Source: Raillietiella orientalis
Taxonomy: Eukaryota
DNA: 64,000 bases
Assembly (NCBI GenBank): GCA_036172245.1
Contig: JAYWIR010000039.1
Span: 1,922,001-1,986,000 of the forward strand
Direction of reading: 5' to 3'
The notes under the pieces were generated by a model, which saw nothing but the letters and a program-made list of their open reading frames with translations, did no database searches and was not told where the DNA came from. Shown here in pieces: positions 49,100 to 62,500 of the stretch (positions are counted from its first letter, which is position 1; each line of letters opens with the position of its first letter). The translations under genes and the position numbers were made by a program.

Positions 49100-51030
49100 C
49101 GAGTTACTCGGCCGCGGGCCGGGCCGGAGAGCGATAATTGCCCGTGGTTCCAGTTGATGCGGCGTTAACAGGACGACCGGACTGAATCCGCTTGGGGATT
49201 TTCACGGTCGGGTGCTTGAAGTACGTTGGCATTCTGTTAGAGGATTTCTGGGTTGCAGAAGCCTAGTCCGGCCATCTCCAGAAAACAGAGCAGGCTCTCG
49301 GCCCGTTCCAAGGAGGCAGTGAATGGACCGTGGTGTGGAACACTTTCGTGGTCCCCCTCCTTCTCCCTCCGCTTTTTGTTTGATCCCCACAAGACAGCAT
49401 CAGAAAGTGAACGAAGGACCTCCTTAGGATTGTCCATCGAGCATGGGGAGGTACCGAGTCCGGCTGAAGGACTTGCGTGCTGCACATCGGGACGACGGCC
49501 TCGTCTCCGTAACGTTGGAGTGGATGGAGCTCCCGCTCCAATTTCAGTTACAAATCCTAGCCTTCCTAGCGAAGTCGCGGAGCACAGATGGTGAGACTCT
49601 GCATACTCTCTCTTCTCGTCCAGCAAGGCACCGGCAGCGTGGGACTTTCATCCTTACTTGCCCGCTGTCGCCGCAAGGTCTCTCACTACGGACTGAAGCT
49701 TCGACAGGTGTCTACACTGACCCGGATGAACAACTGGATGTCCCGCGAGCGTTGGTGTCTGATTGCAGATAACTGTTCTCACGCAGAGAAGGAACTAACA
49801 GCAATTCTCGCAACAGGTGCAAAAATTCCCGTACGGTATTACAAGAGCTGGCCGCTCCGGGAGATCCTTGAAGATCTCAGGAAGCGTGCGTAGATAGGAA
49901 GAACCTCCCTTGCCGCAACGTTTCTCTCCCTGAAAGAAAACATGGGCAGTTGCATTCCGGCAAGATGAGTTGTATCCATAGAGATCCCCAGCAGGAGCAA
50001 AGCACTGAGTGAGTGGAAGACAGACCAGTTTACAGACGCTGCGACCCCGAATGTCCCATCTCGAGGACTTTTTCTCTGGGGCGAGCTGCTGGATATTCCC
50101 CTGGAACATCTTAAGTGGCCTTAAGTGCTCTTAGACACACACGTTCTTCCCTTAAAGTGGCAGGAGTCGGCGTTGATGCTTCTGCACTGGGGTCTCCCGT
50201 GCAACGCCAGCCGGCATCACTGGACACAGGGGTGTACGAGCACGAACTGTGAAAGAGCAAGTAAGGGGAGCGCGAATGACTCCCGCTCCTGTTTGTGGAC
50301 CGTGATGCCTTTCGGCTCCTCTGGCAATGCTCTGCCACGACCCTAGGTCCCTCCGGCGGCAACTTCAGGAACGCTTTGAGACCCCTCCTCGTTGTTCCGG
50401 CCTTCATCGGGATCCTCCGACTTAAACCGCCACCGGTGCGGCTCTTGAATGCTTCGGCTAGCCAGCGCCATTTCAGCAGAAACTCGGAACCCTACGACGC
50501 AGTGGCGTCAGTTTCTGCCGGAGTATTCGAACGCATGACGCATGGTGCCACGCGCGGAAGCCTTAACCACAAAGCCTCCGACGTGGACCCTCTTCGTTCG
50601 TGATGCCCTTTGGCCAGCTGCCTTGCTAGCAGCACTTTGCTGCCTATATGGGATTGCAGAGACCTGGAACGATGTAAGGGGAGGACACAGCGACAGGAAT
50701 GCCATCCACTTTGCCGTTGCTTCGCGAAGACGGCATCAAGATGGATCCACCAGAAGAACAGCGTGTAGCAAGCGCTTGCCGAGATTCTCGATAAAATGCA
50801 GAGGACCACCCCCAGCAGGACATGATTCCTTTCCGCACCTTCCCAAGTTCATTTATTTATTTTCTGTATTTTCTTTTTGTTTGCCCTCTACCCTCTGCTG
50901 CCGTAGCGAGCCTCCCTGTTCTGCGTACCTGTAACCCAGCAGACTCCCGTTGAAACAGGCGTAGTTGGATCGGTTTTCCAACCACAAAAATTCGGAGATG
51001 TTCATTTATTTATGAAATGCCACGGCGCGC
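49100..51030 (+). mobile_element. 3' part of a Tx1-like non-LTR retrotransposon (second diverged copy)
   Basis: LKYVGILL, VVWNTFVVPLL, LLHWGLPCNASRHHWTQG...NCER, LFVRDALWPAALLAALCCL and a 3' UTR, all collinear with 21870-23530. Confidence 0.75.
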
Positions 51031-51039
51031 CCCTCTTAC

Positions 51040-52050
51040 TATCCACGTTTGCCGTACGGAATGCTCGATGACACTGCGGATTACGAAAACGCGTACGTCC
51101 GCGGGCTGAGTCGCCGCGTGCGGACGCTCTGCAAGAGTTTTTTTTTTCGCTTGCCGAGGCTTGACGGCAGCGCCAGGACTCGTCCCTGGAGAACGGAAGA
51201 AAAGTCTTGGTACGCCTAGCCTGTCCGTCCGATGCATTGGGTGCAGCGGTATCTTGCTCTCGACTAGGACGGATTCTGGTTTAGAGGTGTTCAGGCATAA
51301 TCCTGCGGATGGCAGCTTCGCTCCGCTCACCATTCGACCAAGGACATGTACCTAATGTTCGAACCTGCAGCTGCTCTCGGGATGAGCAGGATTTCTATGG
51401 CAACGACCATTCATCAGTAGGGTGAAACTAACCTGACGGTCCAAACCCAGCTCGCGTTCCCTGTTGATGAGTGCACGATCCAACGCTTAGCGAATTCTGC
51501 TTCGCGAATGTAGGGAGGGAAGATATCGAAGAATCCCAAAGCGACGTCGCTATGAACTCTTGGCTGCCACAAGCCACTCGTCTCTGTGGTAAGTTTTCTG
51601 AGACCTCTTGCTCAAAGATCACGATCTGCGCGCAATGTCAAGGTAGGGTGTAGGGCTCGCTTTCGCGGTCTGCACTCGTGCTGCAAATCCGGATCAAACC
51701 AGGTTTCGTGCTTCTACTGAACGCGTGCTTTCTGTCCTCGCTGAGCTGTTCTTATGTTTGGCCATAAGTGGCCTTAAGGCGGCGCACGTTAGCTTTTGAC
51801 GGATGTACCGCTCCGGCCAAACTCCCCACACGACACTGTCCCCGGAGCGAATCGCGCCTCACCCGGACCCTGAGGCGGTCGCCCCTCCTCGCGGAAAGAG
51901 AGAACAGCGCCGACGTGCGCGCAGGGCAATCCGGACGACCGAAGGGGTCGGGTGGTCAGCGCTTGGTTCGTGAGACGAGAACCCGCCCGCCGGCATTGAG
52001 ACGACGGGAGGCACCCGGCTCGCTCTCCGCCTCACCGAGTCCGTAAGGAA
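51040..52050 (-). mobile_element. Decayed L1/Tx1 RT fragment
   Basis: QEFIA...QQGTRAG (RGVRQG-like), VSGAKL..GLCLNTSK, DRLGV in order. Confidence 0.5.
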
Positions 52051-53259
52051 GCGATGAAAACTGAAGGCAAGAATCACGTGACTCCAATGGCACCCAATTT
52101 TCGTATCCAAGATGGAAAGCCGCGTGAAGCACCGTAGCATCCCTTCTCTCACATTGCTCTGAAAACATTCGATTCCTCTCGAGAGAACTAAGAAATTAAG
52201 AAATGCGTCGGAAAGGTTCTGTATGCAAGGTCATCAGAGGTGATGCTCCTTTCAGGAAAATTCCTTTCATGATTCGACCACGAATTTTTCGCTTATTTTC
52301 CGGTTTCATCTTCAGGTTTCCGAACAGTACATCCGTTGGAAGAGGCTTGCGGCTTCGCTGGGGTTAGTAAGGGATTAGAACGAACCGACTTGAAGTTCCC
52401 AATGCAAGTTGGAACAGTGGAAGGAAATGGAAAGATGCGAACGTAGAATAGTCAGTTTCCCTTGGAATACATGATCATTCCAGCCGTGCATTCAAAATTG
52501 CATGGAAGACCGTAGTTTGAAGTCCGTGCTGCTGTTCGGCTGCACGTTACAAACCGCTGGTATTTTGCAGGAGATCAGGACTCTGCAGGTAGCCCCCTTC
52601 AGCTGAGAGATGCCGACTTGTCAAGCACACCCGTAAGCACTCCAGTAGTTAGGAAGCAGCCATGCCCCCATGGCTAGTCATAATTCATATCCGCAAACGG
52701 AATCAGCGTTCAAGAACATCACTCATGAAAGAGGTGACTGATATCCGTCCCGGTTGCAGACACGCATGTTTCTCACGAGAATTGATCCACAGTCCACGAA
52801 AGTTGGGTGGAACGCTGAACTTCCTAGCGGCAAACATCGTTTCGAAATTCGCACGGTGGAGATATATACTCCGAGTGTCGAATTTCATTTCTTTCTCTGT
52901 GCGTGGTCATGTGAGTTGCGTTTCCCAACATGTTGGTTTTCAAAATAACGATTTGTTGCGCGCGTTGTACGAATCCGTCCTAGGGAGCCCTGCAAATTTC
53001 AACATGGAAGCATTTCCGGTATCAGTGTGAGCCATTAATCTCATGGCAAAACACACTCTCAATATGTGCGTGAAGAACGTGCTTTAGAAACTTCTGCTTC
53101 TACCCATCGGCATGACGTGAAGCAACCAAAACTGGCACTGCTGCGGACGGATCATTGCATCGAATTGGAAATATTTTCAACGTACTTTTGTACTTCCTAA
53201 CGTTTCGTCAGGGCTTCGGAACTCCATTCTTATTTTGGAATCGTGGATGGGAACGGAAC

Positions 53260-56200
53260 GTTCACAGTGTGGCATTAATCACCTGCTCTTTGTGCGTTTC
53301 TTGAGCCCAGTCACCCTTGCAAGGTCTTTTTAGGACATTCCTAAAGTTGTGTTGACAATGTTTGGAGCTACACGCCGTCGCGAACTCACCTTTGGGAAGG
53401 CCGAGTTCCATCGCATGCGCAGAATTCATCATCTGCAACACCATCCGAACTTGAGCATCGAATGGCCTGTTGAGGAAGCAACATGGGATTTGCTTCAGTA
53501 AAGGAAGAGAGGTTAGTGAGCATATCCAGCTGCACAGAGCACTTGCTTTGCGGATTGAAGGTTGATTGCAGCTTTGCCTCGCTTGCATCGCCGGAAATGT
53601 ATTGGCACGCAGGGTCGAAGGCTGCCGTTTCCATGAAGATGATCCCACAACCGGAAGGCAAAGCTGCAGAGAAAGGTATAGAATAGGACTTTTGTAAGGC
53701 AAATCAGCCTCCACTCTGTTATACTTTGTACGCCTTTTCAACAGAAGGATAACAGTGAAAGCGAGAGCAGACGGAACTCGGAAGAGCAGGTGCAAGTGGC
53801 TTTCTGAAATTTCCCTGGAGGCGGACAGCTGGAAGCACGCAGACTTCTCCGCTGCAAGTTGCGTGTCCTAAGTCTCCCGCTGATGAGACTTGACCCCGTA
53901 AGCACAAGCGGGTTTTCCTGGATTGCCTTCATAGGATCATACCTTCATTTGCCGAGTTGCCAAATCCCCATAATGAAATCCTGGGACTTGACGTGATATT
54001 GAACCGGATAATCTTGGAATCCATGAAGCGGAGGTCAGAGGAAAAGCGTTTGCAGTTTTTTCTTGCTCCCGGATTTTGGAATCCAGATGTATGGGGGTCA
54101 CGAAGACGAGTTCAACCGTTTCGGGGTAGAACGGATGCCTCAGGAAAGAAAGCCAAGCATAGAAAGCAAGAGCACACGTTTCTTTCTGTTGATCTGTTAA
54201 GAAGCTGCTGCGCTGCTAACGCAAACCACACCTGGAAAAAATTCCGGGAACTAGCCACCTTGCTACTGCAGTTCCGTGTTTCTAACCGGAAGTCTTCATC
54301 ATAGGATCATTCTTTTGTGGAAATTTCTTTCAAAGATCTGCGATGATCTTTAGTAAAAATTAATACCGCTACATCGAGTTACAGATTGGAGGATTCAAAG
54401 TTTGCCAAGATTGCCTTGCCATCTAGTGATGCAGTGATGGATGGTTTGAAGGTAGCTATCCCCCTCCATCAGATGGGGGGGAGAGTTCTCGGGTGAATCG
54501 CACTGATAATAAGGCAGTGCCTTATAATGCTTAGAGTGGGGCTGGAAACAAAAAAATTTCCTCATAGAAAGGGAATGATGTGTTGGCCGATAAGGAATAG
54601 GAATAGTAGAAAATAGGTTAGTGACGACTGTGGCAGGTCAGAAAGATATTTACAGTTTTCATTCCTGTTGCGGTATGCGCTATGCTGACGGAACGAATCT
54701 CAACGAGCTGAAAAATGATCAAAGAGAGCCTTTTCTTGAAGGATTGACGGCAAAAGACAGCTAAACAGATCTCCGGGGGTGTTGAAGAGCAGCTGATCCA
54801 GATAGCGAGTCACGGGCCTGTTAGAGGAGAACATGTCAACGAAGGAAGACGAGTACTCCGCCCAACAGAGTGCGTTACCAGCAAAAGGAACGACGGACAA
54901 GAGTCGCATCCATCTTTTGCCATGCTCCGTTTTTGTACCAGCTTGTTTTTAGTTCTGCAAATCTGTTCCAGAGTGGACCTCATGCAAACTCCTGAAAAGT
55001 CCTTGGGACCCTTTGTAACTTGCAATCCAAAGGTTCAGTGTTCCCCATCAGTGGGCTGAATGAAATCAAGGGCAGGAAGGGCCATCACCGCACGGTCCGT
55101 TCGCGGCACTTCCTGCTTACGTGAAATACTTCGGCCGAGAGAGCGACAGACTGCCCAGTCACGTGTCGACGCAAAAAACGCGGCTGCGCGTAGCGCATGG
55201 GAGGGCTTCCAGATGTTTTCTTAAACGGTTCGCTGGCTCATGGTGTCGCCGAGGTCTCATTTAGCCCAGAGTCCGTTAGGACCCCGACACAGCTCCAATA
55301 CAGTTCATTTTTCTTCCCATATGTTTGACATAGATGAGGTAGGATTGTGGGATTCGGGAGGTATCTGAAGAGGTGGAAGCAAGACGCACGTATGGAGCGG
55401 TAATCGAGGACGCTGATTTTCTGAGATACATTCAGTTTCTGCACGTTATGCGGTAGGATCTGTCCGCTTCTCGCCATCGTGATCCTCTGATACCGGAGGA
55501 TCCTCAGCTTCACTACTTTTGGCGGCGAAAACTAACTCTGCAGTCATGAGACCCAAAGGATGGTTGCTGATTGTCACCAACGTGAAAACAACTTCGTGTT
55601 TTACCGGCCAGACTGCACTGCTGAGGCAGCTCGGCAGCTATCGAATAGCAGTTCCATCAGGCCAACGAAGAGATTCCGCGAGAAAGTGACACGCTATTTT
55701 TGGGAAGGGAACGAATGTCCGAGAAGCCTCTGATAAATCAGCATGAGCAAAGCAGCGTTCAGGCTGTAATGTTTCTTCCTTCTGAATGCAGACACACGTG
55801 CATCCTACATATCACTTGACATCTTTCGTACTTGAACCTTAGTACGTATGCAGGAACCTCTTCGTCCACATAATACGAGCCATGACCACAGGGCATCTTC
55901 CAAAAGTGGCTTGTCGAAGCAAGGTGTCGTCCTAGTTGGGCATCTTTTGTCGGATTCTGGTGTGTCAGGAGGTTTTGTTGCGGCAGACAGTTCCAACAGA
56001 TGCCGACTCCCCAATGTATGAAGCTTCAAATGCTCTATGATCTGAGTATGGTGATAGTAAAGAGTAGGGACGTCAGTGCAAGAGAGAAGTATTTTTTTTC
56101 AAAAGGGAAAGATGCGTTCATGTGACTGAGATGCCTGATCTTTCTTAAAGGAAGGATAGTGCTGAAGAGCGGCACTTCTATAGAAGACAATCCGAAGATG

Positions 56201-56900
56201 TTAGAAGGAATTCAAGATAAGCTGAATTGTGGCTTGCATGTAAACCTGACATGGAAGAGTGATCAGACAAAGGAGGCAAAAATATTTATAAAAGAATGAA
56301 TGCGATTATTGCGAATTTGAATGTGTTTATTATTTTGGTTGGAAGAATACCAATGGATGGAGATTCTCGCTTGCTGTCTTTCCCCCGTGAAAATTTATTT
56401 AAGACTGCGAATGTAATACAGGGAATGACGGGGGGGTGTTTATTATGCACAAGACGGGTTAGGGAAAGTTGCGGATGGAAGTGAAAGGGAGATTAAAATG
56501 GATGGGGGTCTGTAAGAACAAAGATAACATGTTTGGTAAGTTATTATCGAGTTTATTTGTTGTTTGCGTATAGGCAGATGAATGTGAAAAGAATTCAAGC
56601 TTGGATGAGGGCTATGGTTCCTTCTGAAATGACAACGGGGATGGAAGGCATGAGGTTGGTTATATTGCTTAAAAGGATGATGGTAAGGATGTGGCCAATG
56701 GTGATGTTGGCTGTAAATCAAAATGAAAGTGATGCTTCTGGAACTACGAAGCTTGTGGTTTCTAGGGAGGGATATTGACATTGGAGCTTCTCCTGAAGTA
56801 TGGTAGGTGGAGAAATCCGAGGGGCTATGGTATATGGGGAAGAGTTGTCGAGAGACTGACATTGGGATGATTAAAAAGAAAAAGGCAAAAAGAGTGTGCA
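53260..56900 (-). mobile_element. Very old L1-type ORF2 remnant (EN to RT to C-terminus)
   Basis: Weak ordered motifs: LPPLSDH (about 56.26 kb), DYRSI (about 55.4 kb), QLLFN (about 54.8 kb), MELGLP...C...C (about 53.4 kb). Many stops. Confidence 0.3.
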
Positions 56901-56988
56901 AATGATAGGAATGTATATACCGCGAGTCTTGATAGGCTAATAAGGGCGAGATAATGGACGTCTTAACCAGCTACCCATCATCCTAGAT

Positions 56989-59394
56989 CAGGTGTGTCAA
57001 ACTCATTTAAACCGCGGGAAATTTGATGCGACTGGTAAGATTCATCACATTTACAAATTTTCTTGAAATTACATTTTGAAGTGAGGATTCAGGAATATAA
57101 ATAGGGGGGTTGAAACACATTATGTAATTAAGTGAATTTGGTGTAATAGTATATAATTGCTATATTCTTGCTTTTATTTAGACATTCATTTGCTTCAATG
57201 TGTTTATAAAACTAAATTCCATTTTTTATACCAGAAATTTGCCAGCCCTTACTAGTTTTTCAATATCTGGACTCAAAGACTGAGAGCAAACGATCTTCAT
57301 TGTAGATGTCTATCAGATTATATCTCCTTAGAGATAGATGTTTATCAGTTAATCTTGATCTGTAAGCCGTTTTATTTCATCTCATGCGCGAAATTTCATG
57401 CTCTCACACGAGCACGTACTCCCAAAATAGCAGGAAATCTGTGCAGCAAGCTTTTTCACTTCCGGGTATTTTTCACCGAAATAAGAATATATTTTGTTAA
57501 ATTCCTACATCTCGATATTTGTCTTCTAAACCGAATCATTCTGGAAATCAATTAATTCCAGTTGTTCCGAAGTGGGAGCTTCTTCAACTTCAAAGGGAAA
57601 AGGAAGGAATCTCTCGTGACTCTCCGAAAATCATTAAAACGTTTATCGAATTCGTTTTTGATTTCTTCCATTTCATCACAATATTGTGAAGACGAGCGAC
57701 TTTGATTTTGTGCTCTTAACTGCTCACACGTAGGAAAATACGTGAAAACGCTTTTTCGGAAATGATTTTTTAAAAAAGTCAGTTTTTGTACAAAACTTGC
57801 TATTGCATCGTACATATTGGCTATTAATTGATCTTTGCGTTGCGATGTAGTATTAAGATGGCTCAGATCACCTGTAATATCTGCTTGAACCCTAGGTCTC
57901 CTACCCAGAAAGGATCTTTCATACCCGAGATAGTTTCGTTCTCTTCATCTTTCGATTCAAGAAATACGATAATTTCCTCCAAAAGCAGAGAGGAGAGCTT
58001 CAGGCAGGACAACCAGCTGACTTCTGTGTATAAGGAAGATCTTCGAATGAACAAGTGCTCTCCAACGAATAAAGTTGACCGTTTTGGTTCTTGTTTGATG
58101 TAGCTCTTCCTCCATTTTTCATATTTTTAAACAGAGAACTTGTTGCTGAATAAGGCAATGGAAAACCCTGATTTTCGGTTCATCCGTACATTCGTCGTGT
58201 AATCTTCCTGTCAGTCTTCAAACAAATCCTCTCGTTTCACTCGTCATCGATCTGGCGAGGTCAGCTGTTGTCACAGAAACAAGCGTGTCAAGAGTAAGCT
58301 TCCACTTTTCTAAAATGCTCCATACGGCACCAAAAGTAGCTTCACCAGTTGTGGGTGCGTGAAGACGATTCCGATTTCCGACAATTTTTCGGTGATCCTC
58401 ATGTTGTCATCGCAATCACGGAAAAAAAAAAAAAAAACAGCAACTTCTGCAACATCTCTTACATCCGTGCATTCATCAATCGCCATTGAAAAAAAATGGA
58501 CTTTGGTAGATGTTTCCTGTAGCTGTGAATTGCTATGTCAGTAATTCTGACTGCCACCGGGTTTCTTGATAGTGATACATTTGGAAATGACTGTGCAGAC
58601 TTTTCTTGACCGATGAATTCGACTGTTTTTATCGCTTATTTCTTGATTAAAGAAAGATCGGTGGATGATTTTGAACCGTTTGCTAATAAATAGCTTCTTT
58701 AGTTACTAGCTCTTGTTACTGGTACGCTACTTTTGATGAATTTTGCAAGCACTCGTTGCTGGCCATGAAGTGAATTCTTCCTTGTTTTCCATTTTCCTTC
58801 TCTTACATTTCCTTCGAAGCACGAAAACTGTCCTTCGTGATTCGTGCTGTAATGGCGCTTCATGTTGTGTTTTTAGCGACACGAAGTGATTCTTGGCAAA
58901 TTAACTGCGTAATTTTATTGCTCATTTCCACACGGAAGTAGTTCAACTTCCACCTCTCTTAAAATCTTCCTCTTCGTCATCAATCTTTCCTTTTTTATTT
59001 CGCGTCGAATACAACATTTTCCTCATAAAAGAATAAGGGCTTCATGGAAATTTTCAAAAACCAAATAAGCGCAAGTACTTCTTAAAAATAAATTATAAAA
59101 GAAACACGGGCTATAAATGCTTGGAGTGCCTATCGGAGCAAAGCAACTACAGCAAATGCCTCTCGTTAGAATTAGAAGAAAATATTACAAAACCTCCGGT
59201 TGTTTCTAACGATGCATTTGGGACTTCCACAGGTCTCCCACGGTTGACCAGTGCATCATAGCAGATGCCATAGCAGCGACGGTTACTCGCTATTTTCTTC
59301 GTAACATATTCTGTGTGTGTGTGTTTTTCATTTTATTTTAGAACATCGTGAACCACATAAGATCACATCAAGGGCCACCAGTTCGACATCCCTC
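56989..59394 (-). mobile_element. Dead hAT DNA transposon, Charlie/Buster/SPIN (GTF2IRD2-like) transposase pseudogene
   Basis: Degenerate TIRs CAGGTGTGTCAAACT / AGTTCGACATCCCTC; 8-bp TSD-like TCCTAGAT / TAATAGAT. Transposase motifs NMKRHY, FSMAIDECTDVRD, LYTEVSWLS...EEIIVFL...WVGDLGF, FPTC, NEFDKRFNDF, all disrupted. Confidence 0.88.
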
Positions 59395-59596
59395 TAATAG
59401 ATCATCCACAGATCTCATTCAGTCAAAGTTCCGAAATCTGTGGCAGCAGTTTTTTTCAGTTCAAATCCATCGAACATCACAAAGTTAATAAAACAATCAA
59501 ACATAAGAATTTTGAATTACAAATTGCAATACATTGCCAATTATAATTTCTACAATGAATTCTACTATGAATCGCTTCAAATCCAGATTACAGGCC

Positions 59597-62500
59597 CATA
59601 TATTCTGACTCCCGATTCTCGACTTCTTCACAATCACCCTTTATCATACAATCATCATTCAAATATTGCAAATACCACCACCATTCGCAGAGACTACCAT
59701 TGATTCCAAAACAAAATGGTCACGATTCACCTCACCTTCTCCCCATCCTACCCCTTCACTCTTTCCCAACATTACAACTCGAAACCGGGTCCCTTGTCAA
59801 ATGAACCATTTCGCGGTGACACGCAAAAGCTCGAACCCAATACAGCTCTCTCATTTTTTTCTTACTTTCACAATAGATCGATGCATTTCCGAGAATTTTT
59901 ACCAAGCCTCTTTGGAGTGCATAAGCAAATTGGGACTGAAAAATACATATTTCTCATACCATGCTCATCTTTGCTATCCTTGGAAGGAACCCCATATGCC
60001 CTTCCTCTGTAAAACACAAAGAAGCCGCTTTCCAAGACTCCTTTCCAGGAAGACGCCACACATCGAAACCGGCAGAGCCAGGAGACAGCATCGCTCAGCA
60101 AAGCTGATGGTGCTCCCTTCATGTCCGCCTTAACAAATCATAAACTGACCATCCTCTCCCCATCTTCAAAGTTTCAGAGGGGGTTGATGTTATACATTGA
60201 ACATTCTTAATTGTCCTTCCAAAATAGCAATTTTGCCACAGGGAAGCAAATGCTTATCGCCACATCAAAGACTCATCCACGATCAGCATCGTACCAAATA
60301 AACAGCCGTGATTGCACCCGATAGCTTTTCCTTTTCTACTTACTCATGAACTCTATGAAACCAAGGAACAAAGCATCTTGCACCGCTAATTAGCAGATCA
60401 ACAGTCGACGTACTTTACGGACGGCTAATGAAACTTTTCGCTGAGGTCAATTGGTGACTATCAAGGAAGCACACTTTACGAAAAGGGCTTGAGGTGACGA
60501 ATGTCACGTATCGCCGTATCAACGGAGAAGAGATTGGGTATAGGGAGCCGAAAGTTTGCCCTTTGCAATGCACCCATTTCCGCATCAGGAAATCGGACTT
60601 CAAGAGCGACTGTTCTCCTCTGCTTCCTCGTCTAGAAAGAGTTTCATCTCATGACAGAGTTTTGATTCTTCTGCGACCGCATGCCCTTTGAAGTTGGGGC
60701 CAGAAGTGCAAGGATCCGGAGCTCAGTGTGCCGTAGAAATGCAAAGAAGGGCCGAAGCTTCCGTTTCGAATCAGCCAAGTCAGTGCAAGAATTTCGTAAA
60801 AGGCAGAGAGTCTTTTCAGCTTATTTGCTTTTGGCATTTCACGCTGAGGAAAGCACGCAAGGACAGCGGACTACGGGTACGAAAAGGCGTAGAAGCCGCA
60901 CATACTGCGCACCCTTTTCCCGGAACAAAACACACGTGTGTGTAAGATATGTCCCCAGAAATGCAGCTATATAAAAAAGAAATGTCAATTTCTTTGACAT
61001 AAGCTAATTAATAGGTGGTGTTGCCTGATAATTCACTGTGTTCCGTTGATGCATGAATGGGCCGTGATTTTGGTGAACTTTGCTGAGAGTCCACGAATAA
61101 AGAAAGTGACGTCAACTACCTCGGACACATTAAGATTTCCTAAGTAAGATGGGCGCATCAATCAGAGAGCGGTACAGTGACACGGTCAATTCCAATATCA
61201 AAAGATTCTGGTGGCAGCAGAACACAAACGGCCGGCTGTGGGTATCAAATGCGTGTTGCAGATGGTATCTCATTTACAGTCATTGACGACAGACGTATAG
61301 AACGGGAACTCAGCAACAGCACGCATCCAAGGAAAAACAAAAATCAAAAGACCACGGAAGCTTTTCGAGGTACTGACTGAAAACACCTTTGGTTCGAACG
61401 CGATAAGGCATGCAGCCACATGGCATGTGAGGCTATTCTCCTGTGCCTTTTTCTCTTACCCTACGTGGAGTACTGAGTGTCAGCTGGACGTTCAGGATGT
61501 GAATCACAAGGAGAAGCAACGCTGCACTGCGTTGGACACCATCCTTCCCTAACATCTCGTCGCCCGCTTGCCTGCAGGCGCAGTTGACAATTTGCCTGCG
61601 AAACTCACGGGAACCGTGTAGTTTGGTTTGAGAGCGGCCTTTGAGGGGGGCAGAAAAGAACACCACTCTTGTTTGGCCTTATAAGAATCTGTGGACTGTC
61701 TTCGTTACTTATGAAACAGACCTATAGAGGCAGATTCAGAACTGGCCACAAATCCAGCAAAAAGGGATTATCTAATGTAATAAAATCGAAAGACCCAAAT
61801 GATTCGAATTGAATCCACTGGCATTTCTGCAGATTCCAAAACAGAAAACCACAAACGACAGTTACCAAATAACGGACATTTCAAACAGATATAAAAACTC
61901 TCAAACAAACACTCAAAAAAAAGAAAACTTGACCTTACTGTTTCTTATTTTCATCATTCAGGAACATCCTTTTTTTCTCAAAAAAATTAGCTTGCAGAGA
62001 GCTTTTCTTCTAAACATTGCCGCAATCGGAGGGAATTTCATCCAAGAAGCTGACAACTGGAGGTCATTTCCAAAGTGCCTGCAGGATTGTCGAGATGTGT
62101 GCGTGGATTGTCGGAATCTTCCTCATGTTTCAGGCCATGCAGGGAGAAGCAGCAAACACAACCTCAAGACACCAATCTCGTAAGTAAGGAGTGCTTCCGA
62201 AGACCTCTGCGCGATTTCTCTTGACGCTATTCCGAACGCACAATCACACGCATCCATCCATACATACACCTACTCACACACACCTCTCACCCACACATCC
62301 ACACACACATTCACAACCGCGACACCACACGAACCGACTTGGGAGAGCTGCAGTGGCACACAAACCAAGAAAAGAAAAAAAAAAGAACGAAAGACATAGG
62401 AGCCGAACACCTCTGAGATGTCCTTCTTCCCGAGTGTACCTTGCTTTCCACTTGTTTCTCCCCGATCCTTCCCTCTGCATGCGGGAAACGTATGACCAAC

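Noticed and set aside
59410..60130. Genes in the 155-aa and 98-aa ORFs (mirrored at 43.7-44.1 kb)
   Set aside because: No recognisable domain; recurrence is due only to the inverted duplication. Possibly an old LINE 3' remnant, but the motifs are too weak to call.
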